A stretch of 64,000 nt of DNA, taken from assembly GCA_963806525.1 (NCBI GenBank), contig CAWDYJ010000026.1, positions 133,175 to 197,174 of the forward strand, written 5' to 3'. Within the stretch, counting starts at the first letter, position 1. Every line of letters begins with the position of its first letter. The translations under genes and the position numbers were made by a program. This document shows positions 35,812 to 45,680 of this stretch, one piece after another. The notes under the pieces were generated by a model. That model had not been told where the DNA came from. It saw nothing but the letters and a program-made list of their open reading frames with translations, and ran no database searches. The stretch is from an uncultured delta proteobacterium (GTDB taxonomy: Bacteria; Desulfobacterota; Desulfobulbia; Desulfobulbales; Desulfocapsaceae).

Positions 35812-37570
35812 TGACCTCCCTGCTTGATGCTGTCAAGATAATTGGCTAAAGCTTCTCTTTCCTGCGGGGTACCTCTAAAAGGCGGCATGGCTCTCTGGAT
35901 CTGCTCAAGCTGCCCAAGCATCGTAAATATCTCCTCCCGATCCCTGTCAGCCATCTTCCTTTTTATATCGGGCTCGCCGTGACACATGGTGCAATGGGTG
36001 ACTAAAGACATCCCTGCCGTTAATCACCTCTTCCTGGACCTCCTGCCCTCCACCCCCACTCAGAAAAACGGCCAGCTGCTCCTGCTCTTCCTGACTGCCA
36101 GCAAATGGTTCCATTTCATCGGATATTTCATTCAGGCTTGTCAGCAGTGCCGATAATTTCCGTTGTGTCCAAGCCGTCAAAAGCTCCGGTCAACTCTTCG
36201 ACCGCATGACAGGAGGAACAGTTTTCTTCAAACAAGACCAGCCCCTTTCCGACACTGCCTGCAGGCTCCTGCGATTCCTGCACGTCTTTTCCATGCAGTC
36301 CTCCAGCGATATATGCTGCCAGAGCCCGACTCTCCAGTTCAGTACCGACAAAAGGCGGCATGAAATAGCGTACTTCGTGGATTTTCTGGATATAATTGAG
36401 TAGAGCTCGATAACTCATACTGCTGGTTGCCCTGACGATATCATTGTTCCTGCCGCCAAGGGTATGGCAGGCATAACACTGTTGCTCGAAGAGTTCCCGA
36501 CCAGCTTCGGCGAGGTTATCCTCCGACACGTCTCTGTTCTGCACCCAGAGGGCAGTCCTGAGATAGCCACTCTGGTTCACAGCTTCAACATCTTTTTTCA
36601 GAATGCTGTTGGAATACATCACCTCGTTGATCACATAGGGTCGGCGGGCCGCCTCCCTGGTCCACTCAAAGCCTCCCATTACCAGCAAAGCACAGATCAT
36701 CGCCAGGCTTGCCACGGGTTTGAGGTTGCGGCTTGGGCGGAGGATTCCGGCACCCAGCATAATCAGGAGAAACCCGAGCAGACCAGTCGTCAACCAGGGA
36801 AAAACAGCAGCAATGGTGGGTGATTTGCCCATGACCAGTCCATATGGCTCAATCGGCAACACCGATACATACCAGAAACCGGCAACAATGGCGGCAGTAA
36901 GGGTTATCAGGGCCCACTTAGCTGAAAACCGGGTCATGGCCAGCCGAACCTCTTCGTCTGCCGTAAATGCCGCTGACAGATAGCCGTAGCAGGCGGCAAT
37001 CATCAAGGCAATAAACGTTCGGAAAACCAGCGATGGGAAGAAACTCGGATTAAAAAAACCGGCCCAGAAATCCATATTTTCCGACCAGCTTCCAGGAGTC
37101 AGCATGACACCAATAATGCCATTGATCAGCAGCAGGGACATCCAGGCAGCTATGAAATAGAGCCAGCCCACCTGCAGGTGGGTTTTCGAATCCATCCTGC
37201 CAAACGTATAATAATAGACAAAAGCCGCCGCGATCTCAACTGTGAAAAACACCCACTCAGCAGCCCAGCCGAAGACAAAGTTATGAATAAGAAGAGATGT
37301 CGCCGCGGGATTAACCAAGGCGATGATGAACCAGATCCCCACTCCGGATATCGACCCAAAAACCATGGTAACAAGGAGAAAAAAGCGGGCATGTTTTTTT
37401 GTAAAATCAAGAATTGGCTGGCTCTGTTCCCGCAGCCCTTTTTTTTCTGCATAGATCAGATACAGACCGCCACCGACCGCAAAATGGGAAACAAATACGT
37501 GAAGAATTGAGATCAGCGCAATAAAAATACCGCCACCAGTCTCCGGCAGAAACCAGACCGGGTAATTCAT
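35808..37570 (-). CDS. Cytochrome bd subunit I-like protein fused to c-type cytochrome domains (three CxxCH), frameshifted
   Basis: HVFVSHFAVGGG, FGWAAEWVFF..E and EWTREAARRPYVI (CydA-like), then CYACH, CSSCH and CTMCH across frames. Confidence 0.8.
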
Positions 37571-37649
37571 ACTTCCTCCTCTTATCATCAATACCTAACA
37601 AGAAACTAAACGAGGAAGAGAAGATACCGTATCTGATAATGATTTTCAA

Positions 37650-38078
37650 TTACGACTTTGTGCCACCAGGTGTTGAATCCTCTTGCCTCAGAAGGTAATT
37701 TTCGACACTGCGCCGGAGGGTGATCTCCGCCAGCTGGGCACAATGCAGGTGGGTCTCAGGCAGTTGCCCGACCACATCCATGATGACAACCATATTGATT
37801 TTCTGTAATTCGCCAATATTTTTTGCATGAGCAAGACTGGCGGCTGCCTCCACACAATGTTTGCTGAAAGAACAGCCATTGGTCCAATGATGAGTTTTTT
37901 CCACCCGGCCACCTTTAAACTTCAACCCGATTTCCATGGTATCGCCGCAGTTGCCAACCACCCTGGCGATACCGTCAGGGTTTTCCAGGACAGGATTGGC
38001 AAAATAATAGATAAAAAACCAGGTGAGCCCGACAATCAGCAGAACAACAAAAGCCATGAATATGGTGAAAAACGACAT
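37650..38078 (-). CDS. IscU/NifU-N-like scaffold protein with N-terminal transmembrane helix
   Basis: GNCGDTM, GCSFS..C and HCAQLA Cys motifs. The first 25 residues are hydrophobic. Confidence 0.8.
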   Translation of the reverse strand: MSFFTIFMAFVVLLIVGLTWFFIYYFANPVLENPDGIARVVGNCGDTMEIGLKFKGGRVEKTHHWTNGCSFSKHCVEAAASLAHAKNIGELQKINMVVIMDVVGQLPETHLHCAQLAEITLRRSVENYLLRQEDSTPGGTKS

Positions 38079-38134
38079 GTGTTTTTCCTTATAATCAGCG
38101 TCTTACTGGCGATAAGCTTGCCAAAACACAAGCC

Positions 38135-38208
38135 AGCGCAAAAAAACCTCAGACGAGAGGCGCGCAAAATTTCATCCCTTTTTGGGGACTTTTACGACGC
38201 CATCAATT
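38135..38208. repeat. Partial copy of the MITE-like repeat
   Basis: gacttttacgacgccatcaa end plus an internal gaggcgcgcaaaattt segment resembling gaggcgtgcaatttt in the 25.8-kb copy. Confidence 0.55.
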
Positions 38209-40521
38209 TTTCAGCGCGTGGATTTTGGGGGAACCCAAACCACTGCGCCTCTCTTTGTGAACCGAGGACATCACCCGGTTCAGGTCCAACAATTTATAGG
38301 GTTTAGTAATACGCGCATAAAACCCCTCCTGCAGAAAGTTTCTGGGTTCAGCAGTATCAGGGGGATCAATTGCAGCAATGACTGCTGCGTCTGGATCAAT
38401 TTCCAAAAAACCGGCCGCCACCTTTTGCCCTTCCCGGCCGCCCGGGATGTCGAGGTCAATAATGACGGCACTAAACCGGGCACCAGCCGTAAAAGCCTCC
38501 AGGTAAAGCTGTACAGCCTCCTCTTTAGTCGCAATCAACTGCGCTCTGTAGCCAATATGCTGCAGCATCTCGCGTACCAGTTCACAGTCTTTTTTATCAT
38601 CAGCCAGTACCAGCACAACCCCTTTACCGGTTGGTACTATGGCAGACCCGCCGGACGGACTGTCGCTTTCGATGAGCCGGGCGGGCAGATACAGGGTAAA
38701 GGTCGTTCCTTTGCCAGGGAGAGAATCGACCGAAATTTTACCATCGTGCTTTGTTACTATGGAATGAACAATAGCCAAGCCGAGTCCACTGCCTTTCGCG
38801 CTGTCTTTTTCTTTGGTGGAAAAGTATGGATCAAACACCCGGTCCAGATCCCCCCCCTCTATGCCGCGTCCTCTATCCGTTACGCTTACGCGAACATATC
38901 TTCCGGGATAGAGTCCAATAATCTCATCATCCTCCACCACCTTATTGGTAAAGTTTATGAATATCGTACCGCCTTCCGGCATGGACTGGTTGGCGTTGCG
39001 CACCAGATCCTGAATGACCTGGCTGATCTGATTTTTATCCATGGATACCGGCCAGAGGTCATCCGGAATGTGAAAGCTGCACTTGACATTGCTGCCGGAA
39101 AGAACGAACCCTATGGCATCTTTGACCAGATCCGGTAAAGAAGCCGTTGACTTCACGGGATCACCACCACTGGCAAAGGTTAAAAGTTTCGCGGTAAGAT
39201 CTTTAGCCCTGAGCGACGCCCTCTGGGCAGCCCGGATATACTCCCGAGCCCTGCCGGTCTGTACTGTCATCTTTTCGGCAAGTGAGAGGTTGCCGATTAC
39301 GGCAAAGAGAATATTGTTGAAGTCGTGGGCAATACCCCCGGCCAAAACACCAATGGACTCCATTTTTTTGGCCTTCAGCAGTTCCTGTTCCATATCGATG
39401 CGGGTGGAGATGTCTTCCACACTCCAGATAACCCCCTCCAGTTCATTGGAGACCGGAATGGACCGCCCCCGCAGCCAACAGGCAATCTCAACCCCATCTT
39501 TGCGCATCAAAGAAGCTCGCCGCTCACAGAGGCCGCTTTTGGTCAGCCTGGGTAATTTTTTTTGTTTTGCTGTCCCATCAGAGCGCTCAATGCCAAAAAG
39601 GATACCTGCGGTTTGTCCGACAAGCTCGCCGGATCTGTAGCCGGTAATTTTTTCCATTTCTGAATTGACCCGTTTGATCACCTGTCGGGTATCAACAAAA
39701 AGAATTCCAACCGGTGAATTATCCAAAAGAGCCTGTAGCTCCGCACCAGCAACCAACAGGTGTTGACTGGTTTTTTCCGCAGCGATCTTGGCCTTTGATA
39801 AATCTACTGTCCTGTCGATTACCTTGTTTTCCAGATTTGCAAAACTCTCCTCAAGGTGGTTGGCCATGAGCCTGAAAGCCGATGCGAGACTGCCGATTTC
39901 ATCTCTGGTGTCAATCTCTATCCTGGTGTCGAGATTGCCTGCGGCAATAAGGTTTGCCGATCGCTCAAGCTTAGCTAACGGTTCAAAAACATAGTGCCTA
40001 AGAATGAGCATCGAGGTGCAGAGAATGGCGACAACTAGCAGGGTGAAAAGACCGATAACGCTGAACGCGGTGGTGAATGTTTCTCGATAAATTTCATCAC
40101 GGGACATGACAACCTGGAGCTTACCTATCAAGACCCCCTGGCGAAAAATATCAGCACTGCTAATCAGAAAATCTGCCGAACCCTCAAATTCAGCAAAATT
40201 TTTTTCTCCATGCATCGGCTTAACATGGGATATTACAATACTGTCGCCGACAAGGATACGGGCAAAAATGACCGCGTCACTTGCCAGAATCACCCGGAGA
40301 ATATCATTTATCGGCCGCTGATTCCCCTGCCAGACCGCTTCCGGCAAAACAGTTTCGGCAAGATGCAGCGTCTGGAGCAGCTGCCTTTTCAGTTCCGCTT
40401 CCTTTTTGGTGTAGTTATAACTAATGACTACTCCAGAAAAAATTACCGAGATAAAGGTCACCACCCCGATCAGGGTAAAGCTAAACCTCCGGCGCAGACT
40501 CCCATTAAAATTCATTGCCAT
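38203..40521 (-). CDS. Hybrid sensor histidine kinase (HAMP-PAS-HisKA-HATPase-REC)
   Basis: LAGGIAHDFNNIL, FDPYFSTK, GSGLGL and a C-terminal receiver domain. Confidence 0.92.
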   Translation of the reverse strand: MAMNFNGSLRRRFSFTLIGVVTFISVIFSGVVISYNYTKKEAELKRQLLQTLHLAETVLPEAVWQGNQRPINDILRVILASDAVIFARILVGDSIVISHVKPMHGEKNFAEFEGSADFLISSADIFRQGVLIGKLQVVMSRDEIYRETFTTAFSVIGLFTLLVVAILCTSMLILRHYVFEPLAKLERSANLIAAGNLDTRIEIDTRDEIGSLASAFRLMANHLEESFANLENKVIDRTVDLSKAKIAAEKTSQHLLVAGAELQALLDNSPVGILFVDTRQVIKRVNSEMEKITGYRSGELVGQTAGILFGIERSDGTAKQKKLPRLTKSGLCERRASLMRKDGVEIACWLRGRSIPVSNELEGVIWSVEDISTRIDMEQELLKAKKMESIGVLAGGIAHDFNNILFAVIGNLSLAEKMTVQTGRAREYIRAAQRASLRAKDLTAKLLTFASGGDPVKSTASLPDLVKDAIGFVLSGSNVKCSFHIPDDLWPVSMDKNQISQVIQDLVRNANQSMPEGGTIFINFTNKVVEDDEIIGLYPGRYVRVSVTDRGRGIEGGDLDRVFDPYFSTKEKDSAKGSGLGLAIVHSIVTKHDGKISVDSLPGKGTTFTLYLPARLIESDSPSGGSAIVPTGKGVVLVLADDKKDCELVREMLQHIGYRAQLIATKEEAVQLYLEAFTAGARFSAVIIDLDIPGGREGQKVAAGFLEIDPDAAVIAAIDPPDTAEPRNFLQEGFYARITKPYKLLDLNRVMSSVHKERRSGLGSPKIHALKN

Positions 40522-40855
40522 TTTTCAAAAGCCATTTTTCTGTCATTAAGATGGGTTGTCAGATATTTGCCGCAATCATAAAAATCGTTTCACCGATATT
40601 CTATCGTAGTATCATGAAAAGAGATATTTGCAAAATATGATGGGCTCTTAAAAAGTATAATTTCAGAATCGCTGCAGAGAAAAACCAGTACGAATCGCAC
40701 CTTTCTCTTTACAAGTTAGTGCAAGACATGTCGTGACAGAGAAATTGGACTGTATTTAAAAAAAGAATCATCTGGGCAAAGAGACAGATACAGGTTTTTC
40801 TTGCCTTGCGCTCTGCCATGTATCTGGATGAAAAATTTTCCCTGATAATTTCTTT

Positions 40856-41905
40856 CTATTTTGTCTTTTTGTTCTGCTGGAAAAATACTGTACCGTATTT
40901 GCGGATTTTTCCTCTGAATTGATCATAGGTGAGGCCAAGGTCTGCTGCGGCTTTTCTTTGGTTGAAACGACGGGTTTTCAGTGCCTTGTATATCATTGTT
41001 TTTTCCAACTCTACCACTGCTTGCTTGAGGGAGACAGCTTGCGGTTGGCTTGCTTGGGACCGGGCTGTGGTCTCTGCACTATCCGGCTCCTCACCTGCAT
41101 TCGCGCCTTGATACGGCGAGACAAAGGGGTCAAATACGACAGTATCAATAAGAGTGGTATCTGATCGGTATACTGCTCGTTCCACGACATTTTTAAGCTC
41201 GCGGATATTGCCTTTCCAGCTGTTTTTTTGCAACGCTTCTATGACCGATTCGGTAAAGATGGGGATGTCACTTCTGCCAAGCTCAAAGGACATGCGCGTT
41301 GCAAAATGGCTGGCCAGGAGCATGATATCCTCCCCCCTGCAGCGAAGAGGCGGTAAAAACAGCACCTCAAAAGAGAGACGATCAAGAAGATCCCGTTTAA
41401 AATCCTTTCGCTCAGCCATGATCGAAAGATTGGCATTGGTCGCCCCCACTATCCGCACATCTACTTCGATGGGCTGAGAACTGCCTACCCGTTCAAACGA
41501 ACCGTACTCAACCACCCGGAGAATTTTTTCCTGCGCTTCCAGAGGGATAGAACCAATTTCATCGAGAAAAAGTGTCCCCCCGTCAGCCGCCTCAAAACGA
41601 CCACTGCGTTGCCTTTCGGCCCCGGTGAAGGCGCCTTTTTCGTAGCCAAAAAGCTCCGCTTCAATGAGCGAGGGCGAAAGAGTGGCACAATTTAAGGTAA
41701 CGAATGGTCCCTGCCATCTCTGGGACAGAAAATGTAAACGACTCGCTGCCAGCTCTTTTCCGGTCCCCCGCTCACCGACCAGAAGCACCGGTCTGTCTAC
41801 CGGAGCGACACGGGAGAGGCGCTCCTGGAAATCAAGGAAAGTCTCCGACTGCCCCAGGGCCTCCCCGCGCGACGACGGGAAAACTGATTCTTTGCTTATC
41901 ACCAT
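40856..41905 (-). CDS. pspF: Phage shock operon sigma-54 activator
   Basis: GERGTGKELAASRLHFLSQRW, GAFTGA, VVEYG.FERVG and LTYDQFRG. No receiver domain. Divergent from pspA. Confidence 0.93.
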   Translation of the reverse strand: MVISKESVFPSSRGEALGQSETFLDFQERLSRVAPVDRPVLLVGERGTGKELAASRLHFLSQRWQGPFVTLNCATLSPSLIEAELFGYEKGAFTGAERQRSGRFEAADGGTLFLDEIGSIPLEAQEKILRVVEYGSFERVGSSQPIEVDVRIVGATNANLSIMAERKDFKRDLLDRLSFEVLFLPPLRCRGEDIMLLASHFATRMSFELGRSDIPIFTESVIEALQKNSWKGNIRELKNVVERAVYRSDTTLIDTVVFDPFVSPYQGANAGEEPDSAETTARSQASQPQAVSLKQAVVELEKTMIYKALKTRRFNQRKAAADLGLTYDQFRGKIRKYGTVFFQQNKKTK

Positions 41906-42031
41906 ATCACCAAGGTATTTATTACCATTTACTGACCATATTAACCATTTATTGGTAAATATAACACATATTGAAATTATTTTACCTTCGCTCAATGCCA
42001 CTGTTTTCCATGTTTTTCTTTTTTCCTCAAC

Positions 42032-42047
42032 AGGCACATATTGTGCA
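42032..42047 (+). promoter_or_regulatory. Sigma-54 (-24/-12) promoter of pspA
   Basis: aGGcacatattgtGCa (GG-N10-GC) about 40 bp before the pspA start, next to pspF. Confidence 0.8.
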
Positions 42048-42087
42048 ATGAGGAGAGTAAACCACAACCACATTTCTGGAGGAAGAT

Positions 42088-42765
42088 ATGGGAATATTTA
42101 CACGATTCAGCGATATTATCAGCTCAAACATCAACTCGATGCTCGACAAAGCAGAAGATCCCGAAAAGATGATCAAACTGATGATTCACGAGATGGAAGA
42201 CACCCTCATTGAGCTCAAAACATCCTGTGCCGGAGTTATTGCCGGACGGAAAAAGGTTGCAAGAAGGCTCGAAGAGATCCATGGCAAGAGAGATCTTTGG
42301 GCTGAGCGTGCCAACCTGGCCGTAGCAAAAGGCCGCGATAACCTGGCCAGAGAGGCACTCATCGAAAAAAGACGTTTCTCCGTAATAGCTGAGGCCCTTG
42401 AAAACGAACTGACTGAATATGGTGAGCTCATTACTCAATACCAGGAGGATATTGGCGAGTTGGAGAGTAAACTAAACAACGCCAAAGAAAAAAAGAGAGT
42501 GCTCGTGCAACGCCACAAAAGAGCTACCGGAAAGAAACGGGCCCATGAGGACATACGACGCAGCAACAGCAGCGATACCATGGCCCGCTTCGACAAGCTG
42601 GAAAGTAGGATTGAGCAGATGGAGGCTGAGGCCGAACTGGTTAATACGCCTCAAAAACCAAGTCTCGATGATGAATTTGACAACCTTGCCTCAGACGACG
42701 AGATTGAAAATGAACTTGCCAAGATCAAGGCGGCTCAATACAGTAGCAACAGGGAAACTCTCTAG
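42088..42765 (+). CDS. pspA: Phage shock protein A
   Basis: MGIFTRFSDIISSNINSMLDKAEDPEKMIKLMIHEMEDTL, coiled coil. Confidence 0.96.
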   Translation: MGIFTRFSDIISSNINSMLDKAEDPEKMIKLMIHEMEDTLIELKTSCAGVIAGRKKVARRLEEIHGKRDLWAERANLAVAKGRDNLAREALIEKRRFSVIAEALENELTEYGELITQYQEDIGELESKLNNAKEKKRVLVQRHKRATGKKRAHEDIRRSNSSDTMARFDKLESRIEQMEAEAELVNTPQKPSLDDEFDNLASDDEIENELAKIKAAQYSSNRETL

Positions 42766-42916
42766 TTGCCAGACGTCTGTGATACATTATTTGTGGCCAG
42801 CTATATGAGAGTCTCTCAACCATTAACCTCCTCATGTCCCAAAGGATCAAAAGTGCCAGAGGCTGTTACCGGGGCATTGACATAATACCGAAACCACTGA
42901 TCGGAGTGAGCACACC

Positions 42917-43162
42917 ATGTTGAATATCATTATCGTCGCCATTGTTTTCGGCTCTATCATCGCTTTGGCAACACTTATCTGCGGGACTATCTTGATAATT
43001 GTCAAAACCCGCACCAACAGAGGTTCCAGCGGAGCAGCAGACAGTGAGGAGGCGAGGATAATTCAGGAGATTTATCAAGGACTTGAAAAACTGGAAGAGC
43101 GAATCGAATCCCTTGAAACAATCCTGACAGAAGGTCAGGAAAAGGATGGGTATAAAAAATGA
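42917..43162 (+). CDS. pspB: PspB-like small membrane protein
   Basis: One TM helix plus LEERIESLETIL, located between pspA and pspC. Confidence 0.72.
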   Translation: MLNIIIVAIVFGSIIALATLICGTILIIVKTRTNRGSSGAADSEEARIIQEIYQGLEKLEERIESLETILTEGQEKDGYKK

Positions 43163-43539
43163 CCGAATATTACGAGAAAAAAGGCGGCATATACCGTGCA
43201 CGAAACGGTGTTTTCCTTGGCGTATGCAAAGGGATCGGGGAGTACTTCGATCTCTCCGTCTTCTGGGTCAGGATGGCACTGGTAGTTGTTTTTATTTTCA
43301 GTGGATTCTGGCCGGTAATCGGGGTGTATCTGGTGGCGGCTTTTTTCATGAAGCCAAAACCAGTAAAACCAATTGAAAGTGAAGAAGAGCGCGAGTTTTA
43401 TGACAGTTACGTTAATTCGCCCAAAACAGCCGCCCAGCGCCTGAAAAAGAAATTTGAAGAGCTGGAAAGAAGAATCCGCACTATGGAAGACAAGGTTACC
43501 GGTCGTGAATATGAATGGGAACGACGGTTTCGGTCATAA
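43159..43539 (+). CDS. pspC: Phage shock protein C
   Basis: YR...GVFLGVCKGIGEYFD....VR PspC domain and a C-terminal coiled coil. Confidence 0.9.
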   Translation: MTEYYEKKGGIYRARNGVFLGVCKGIGEYFDLSVFWVRMALVVVFIFSGFWPVIGVYLVAAFFMKPKPVKPIESEEEREFYDSYVNSPKTAAQRLKKKFEELERRIRTMEDKVTGREYEWERRFRS

Positions 43540-43697
43540 TACTTCTATAGAGCAGATGAAAAAGCTTGCTTACAACACGAAAGAGAGGTGGTTTTTTACC
43601 TCGTATGTATTATCAGTTTGAATGAACAGAACGATCTCCTTGAAGGATAGTCCACTACAAGTCAGTACGGATTTTTCAACATTAAAAGGAGGACATC

Positions 43698-43868
43698 ATG
43701 TTACAGATCATTCACTGTTGTCTGTTGCTCTACATTGTCTTTGTCATTGCCGAAATCAGAAATGTCCTTGTCCACAGTGACCCATCCCTGGCAGCACCAA
43801 TAACGATCTGGGAGGAGGTACAGCATACACCGGACAGCAGCAGCCACAAGGTAACCCATAAGCTATAA
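43698..43868 (+). CDS. Small hypothetical protein (56 aa) with hydrophobic N-terminus
   Basis: Strong RBS AAAGGAGG just before the ATG. MLQIIHCCLLLYIVFVIAEIRN...HKL*. Below the ORF track cut-off. Confidence 0.45.
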   Translation: MLQIIHCCLLLYIVFVIAEIRNVLVHSDPSLAAPITIWEEVQHTPDSSSHKVTHKL

Positions 43869-44024
43869 GGTGATCTTCTTCTAGGAGCCCGTCGGACTAT
43901 GCCCTTTTTCCCCATATCTTCGTTGTTTGAAAAAAATTAATGCTTGCAATATTAACTATATGGCTGTGCTTAATTTTCAAAAACATCTCGATCTAAGAAA
44001 AAATGACTATAAGCCAACAGGCTC

Positions 44025-45188
44025 CTAGCTGCTGAAGCAATTCCAACTGCTGACAACACTCAGGGCCGCGAGCTTGGTGCGTGCGGGAAGGCTCTCTCTG
44101 ACCATATACTCTCTGTCACTGTGATCACAGCTCCCTACCGGTCCCATTCCGTCAACTACCGGAATCCCTGCTTCGGCTATAGTGTTTACATCAGATACCC
44201 CACTTCGAAACTCCTCACAGCACGACATCCCAAGCACCTCCGCCTCCCGGCAGATGAGTTTGAATAATTGCTTGTTGCCCTGTGCCTGAACCATCGGCTG
44301 CCTTAAAGGGGTTTTATGCAGTTCTGCCCAGGTACCCGGCACACAACATTCCCTGGCTATCCGCTCAATCTCAATATCTATTTTTTCCGCATCAGCTATC
44401 CTGACAAAGCGTGTATCAATATCGGCTATAGCCGATTCAGCGACCGTATTAGGACCTATTCCTCCTTTAATCACCCCGACGTTGACAGTAACCTGCCTGT
44501 GGTGATCGTTGAGGTGCTCCAGAGCAATAATTTTATGGGCCAGTTCCAGAATGGCGCTCGCCTTGTTCGTTTCGGCAAAAGCGGCATGCCCGGCCTGTCC
44601 CTTGACAACAAGAAGATAGCCGGTTTTCCCTTTCCGGCCGGTAACGATGTCATTGTGCAGACCGCCACATTCAAATCCGAACCCCAGAAGACTTCTTGCC
44701 GCTTCTGTCCTGATAAGCGGTTCGGAAGCAGGGGAACCGATTTCTTCATCAGAATTACAGATAAATGTAAGAGGAATTTTCTCAAGCAGCCGGCAACCGG
44801 CCAACGCTTTGAGAGCATAAATAGCGGTGACCAGGCCTCCCTTCATATCAATAACTCCAGGGCCAAAAACCTTGCTGCCGTCATCTCTGTACCAATCGAA
44901 AATTGAGTCGACGGGATAAACAGTATCCATATGACCGATGAGTAAAAGCCCTGGACGTTCGATCCGGTAGGCGGGAGAACGAAAGAGCAGTTGATTGCCA
45001 ACCTCCGTTTCCCGTACTACATCCAAAACCATCCCCGTTTCCTGCAAACTGGCAGTTATTCTGTTGCCGACGGCATCGACCCCTGCTTTAAAACGGGAAA
45101 AGCTTTGCTGCAGTACCAACTGCTCCAACAGCCTGAATTGCTCTTTTTCATGCTTATCAATGAAGGTGATGAGTGATTCTTTGATCAT
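44025..45188 (-). CDS. M20 metallopeptidase (glutamate carboxypeptidase-like)
   Basis: GHMDTVYP, GPGVIDMKGG, SDEEIGS and DGMGPVG..DHS. Confidence 0.9.
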   Translation of the reverse strand: MIKESLITFIDKHEKEQFRLLEQLVLQQSFSRFKAGVDAVGNRITASLQETGMVLDVVRETEVGNQLLFRSPAYRIERPGLLLIGHMDTVYPVDSIFDWYRDDGSKVFGPGVIDMKGGLVTAIYALKALAGCRLLEKIPLTFICNSDEEIGSPASEPLIRTEAARSLLGFGFECGGLHNDIVTGRKGKTGYLLVVKGQAGHAAFAETNKASAILELAHKIIALEHLNDHHRQVTVNVGVIKGGIGPNTVAESAIADIDTRFVRIADAEKIDIEIERIARECCVPGTWAELHKTPLRQPMVQAQGNKQLFKLICREAEVLGMSCCEEFRSGVSDVNTIAEAGIPVVDGMGPVGSCDHSDREYMVRESLPARTKLAALSVVSSWNCFSS

Positions 45189-45646
45189 CGCAGATTAAAT
45201 TCACCCTCTTCCTGAACGACTATGTTGGATAAAAACCCACCCACATCCAGCTTCGCCGAAAAACTATATTTGAATGATTCCCTGGGCTCCTGCATCAGAG
45301 AGCTGATAAGCTTGATTCCTCTAACCAAATCGACGTTTGCCAGCAGGATAATATCTGCTTCGCCATAAGGTTCGACAATTGGCAAATCATTGGCCACTCC
45401 AGCCAGAACATCATACCCTTCGACAGCCACAGTATAGTAAATGCCTTTGAGGGTAAGGGGCTCACGATTGGGGTTTATGATATGCAGTCCAATTTCAAAT
45501 CCCGGGGTGACACTTTCCTGGGCAAGCATTTTAAAGGAACGCAGGCTAACAACCGGAGGGTCAAAATCTGGATTCATCACTCCTGCACAACCGCCTAAAA
45601 AGCAGACCATCCATATTGAGAGGAAAAAACTACAAATGTTTTGCAT
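45185..45646 (-). CDS. LEA type 2 / WHy domain lipoprotein
   Basis: Lipobox LGGC and I.NPN motif. Confidence 0.8.
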   Translation of the reverse strand: MQNICSFFLSIWMVCFLGGCAGVMNPDFDPPVVSLRSFKMLAQESVTPGFEIGLHIINPNREPLTLKGIYYTVAVEGYDVLAGVANDLPIVEPYGEADIILLANVDLVRGIKLISSLMQEPRESFKYSFSAKLDVGGFLSNIVVQEEGEFNLR

Positions 45647-45680
45647 ACTTTTCGTGAATGTTCAGCTGAGGTGAAAGGCG

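Noticed and set aside
38115-38138. Possible sigma-54 promoter before the IscU-like gene (tggcttgtgttttggca, minus strand)
   Set aside because: Spacing is GG-N11-GC. It would fit only if one G were a sequencing error.
38182-39138. 318-aa plus-strand ORF and other long antisense ORFs (2001..2753, 4186..4953, 58830..59519, 62426..63148)
   Set aside because: They are shadows of well-supported genes on the opposite strand and have no recognisable motifs.
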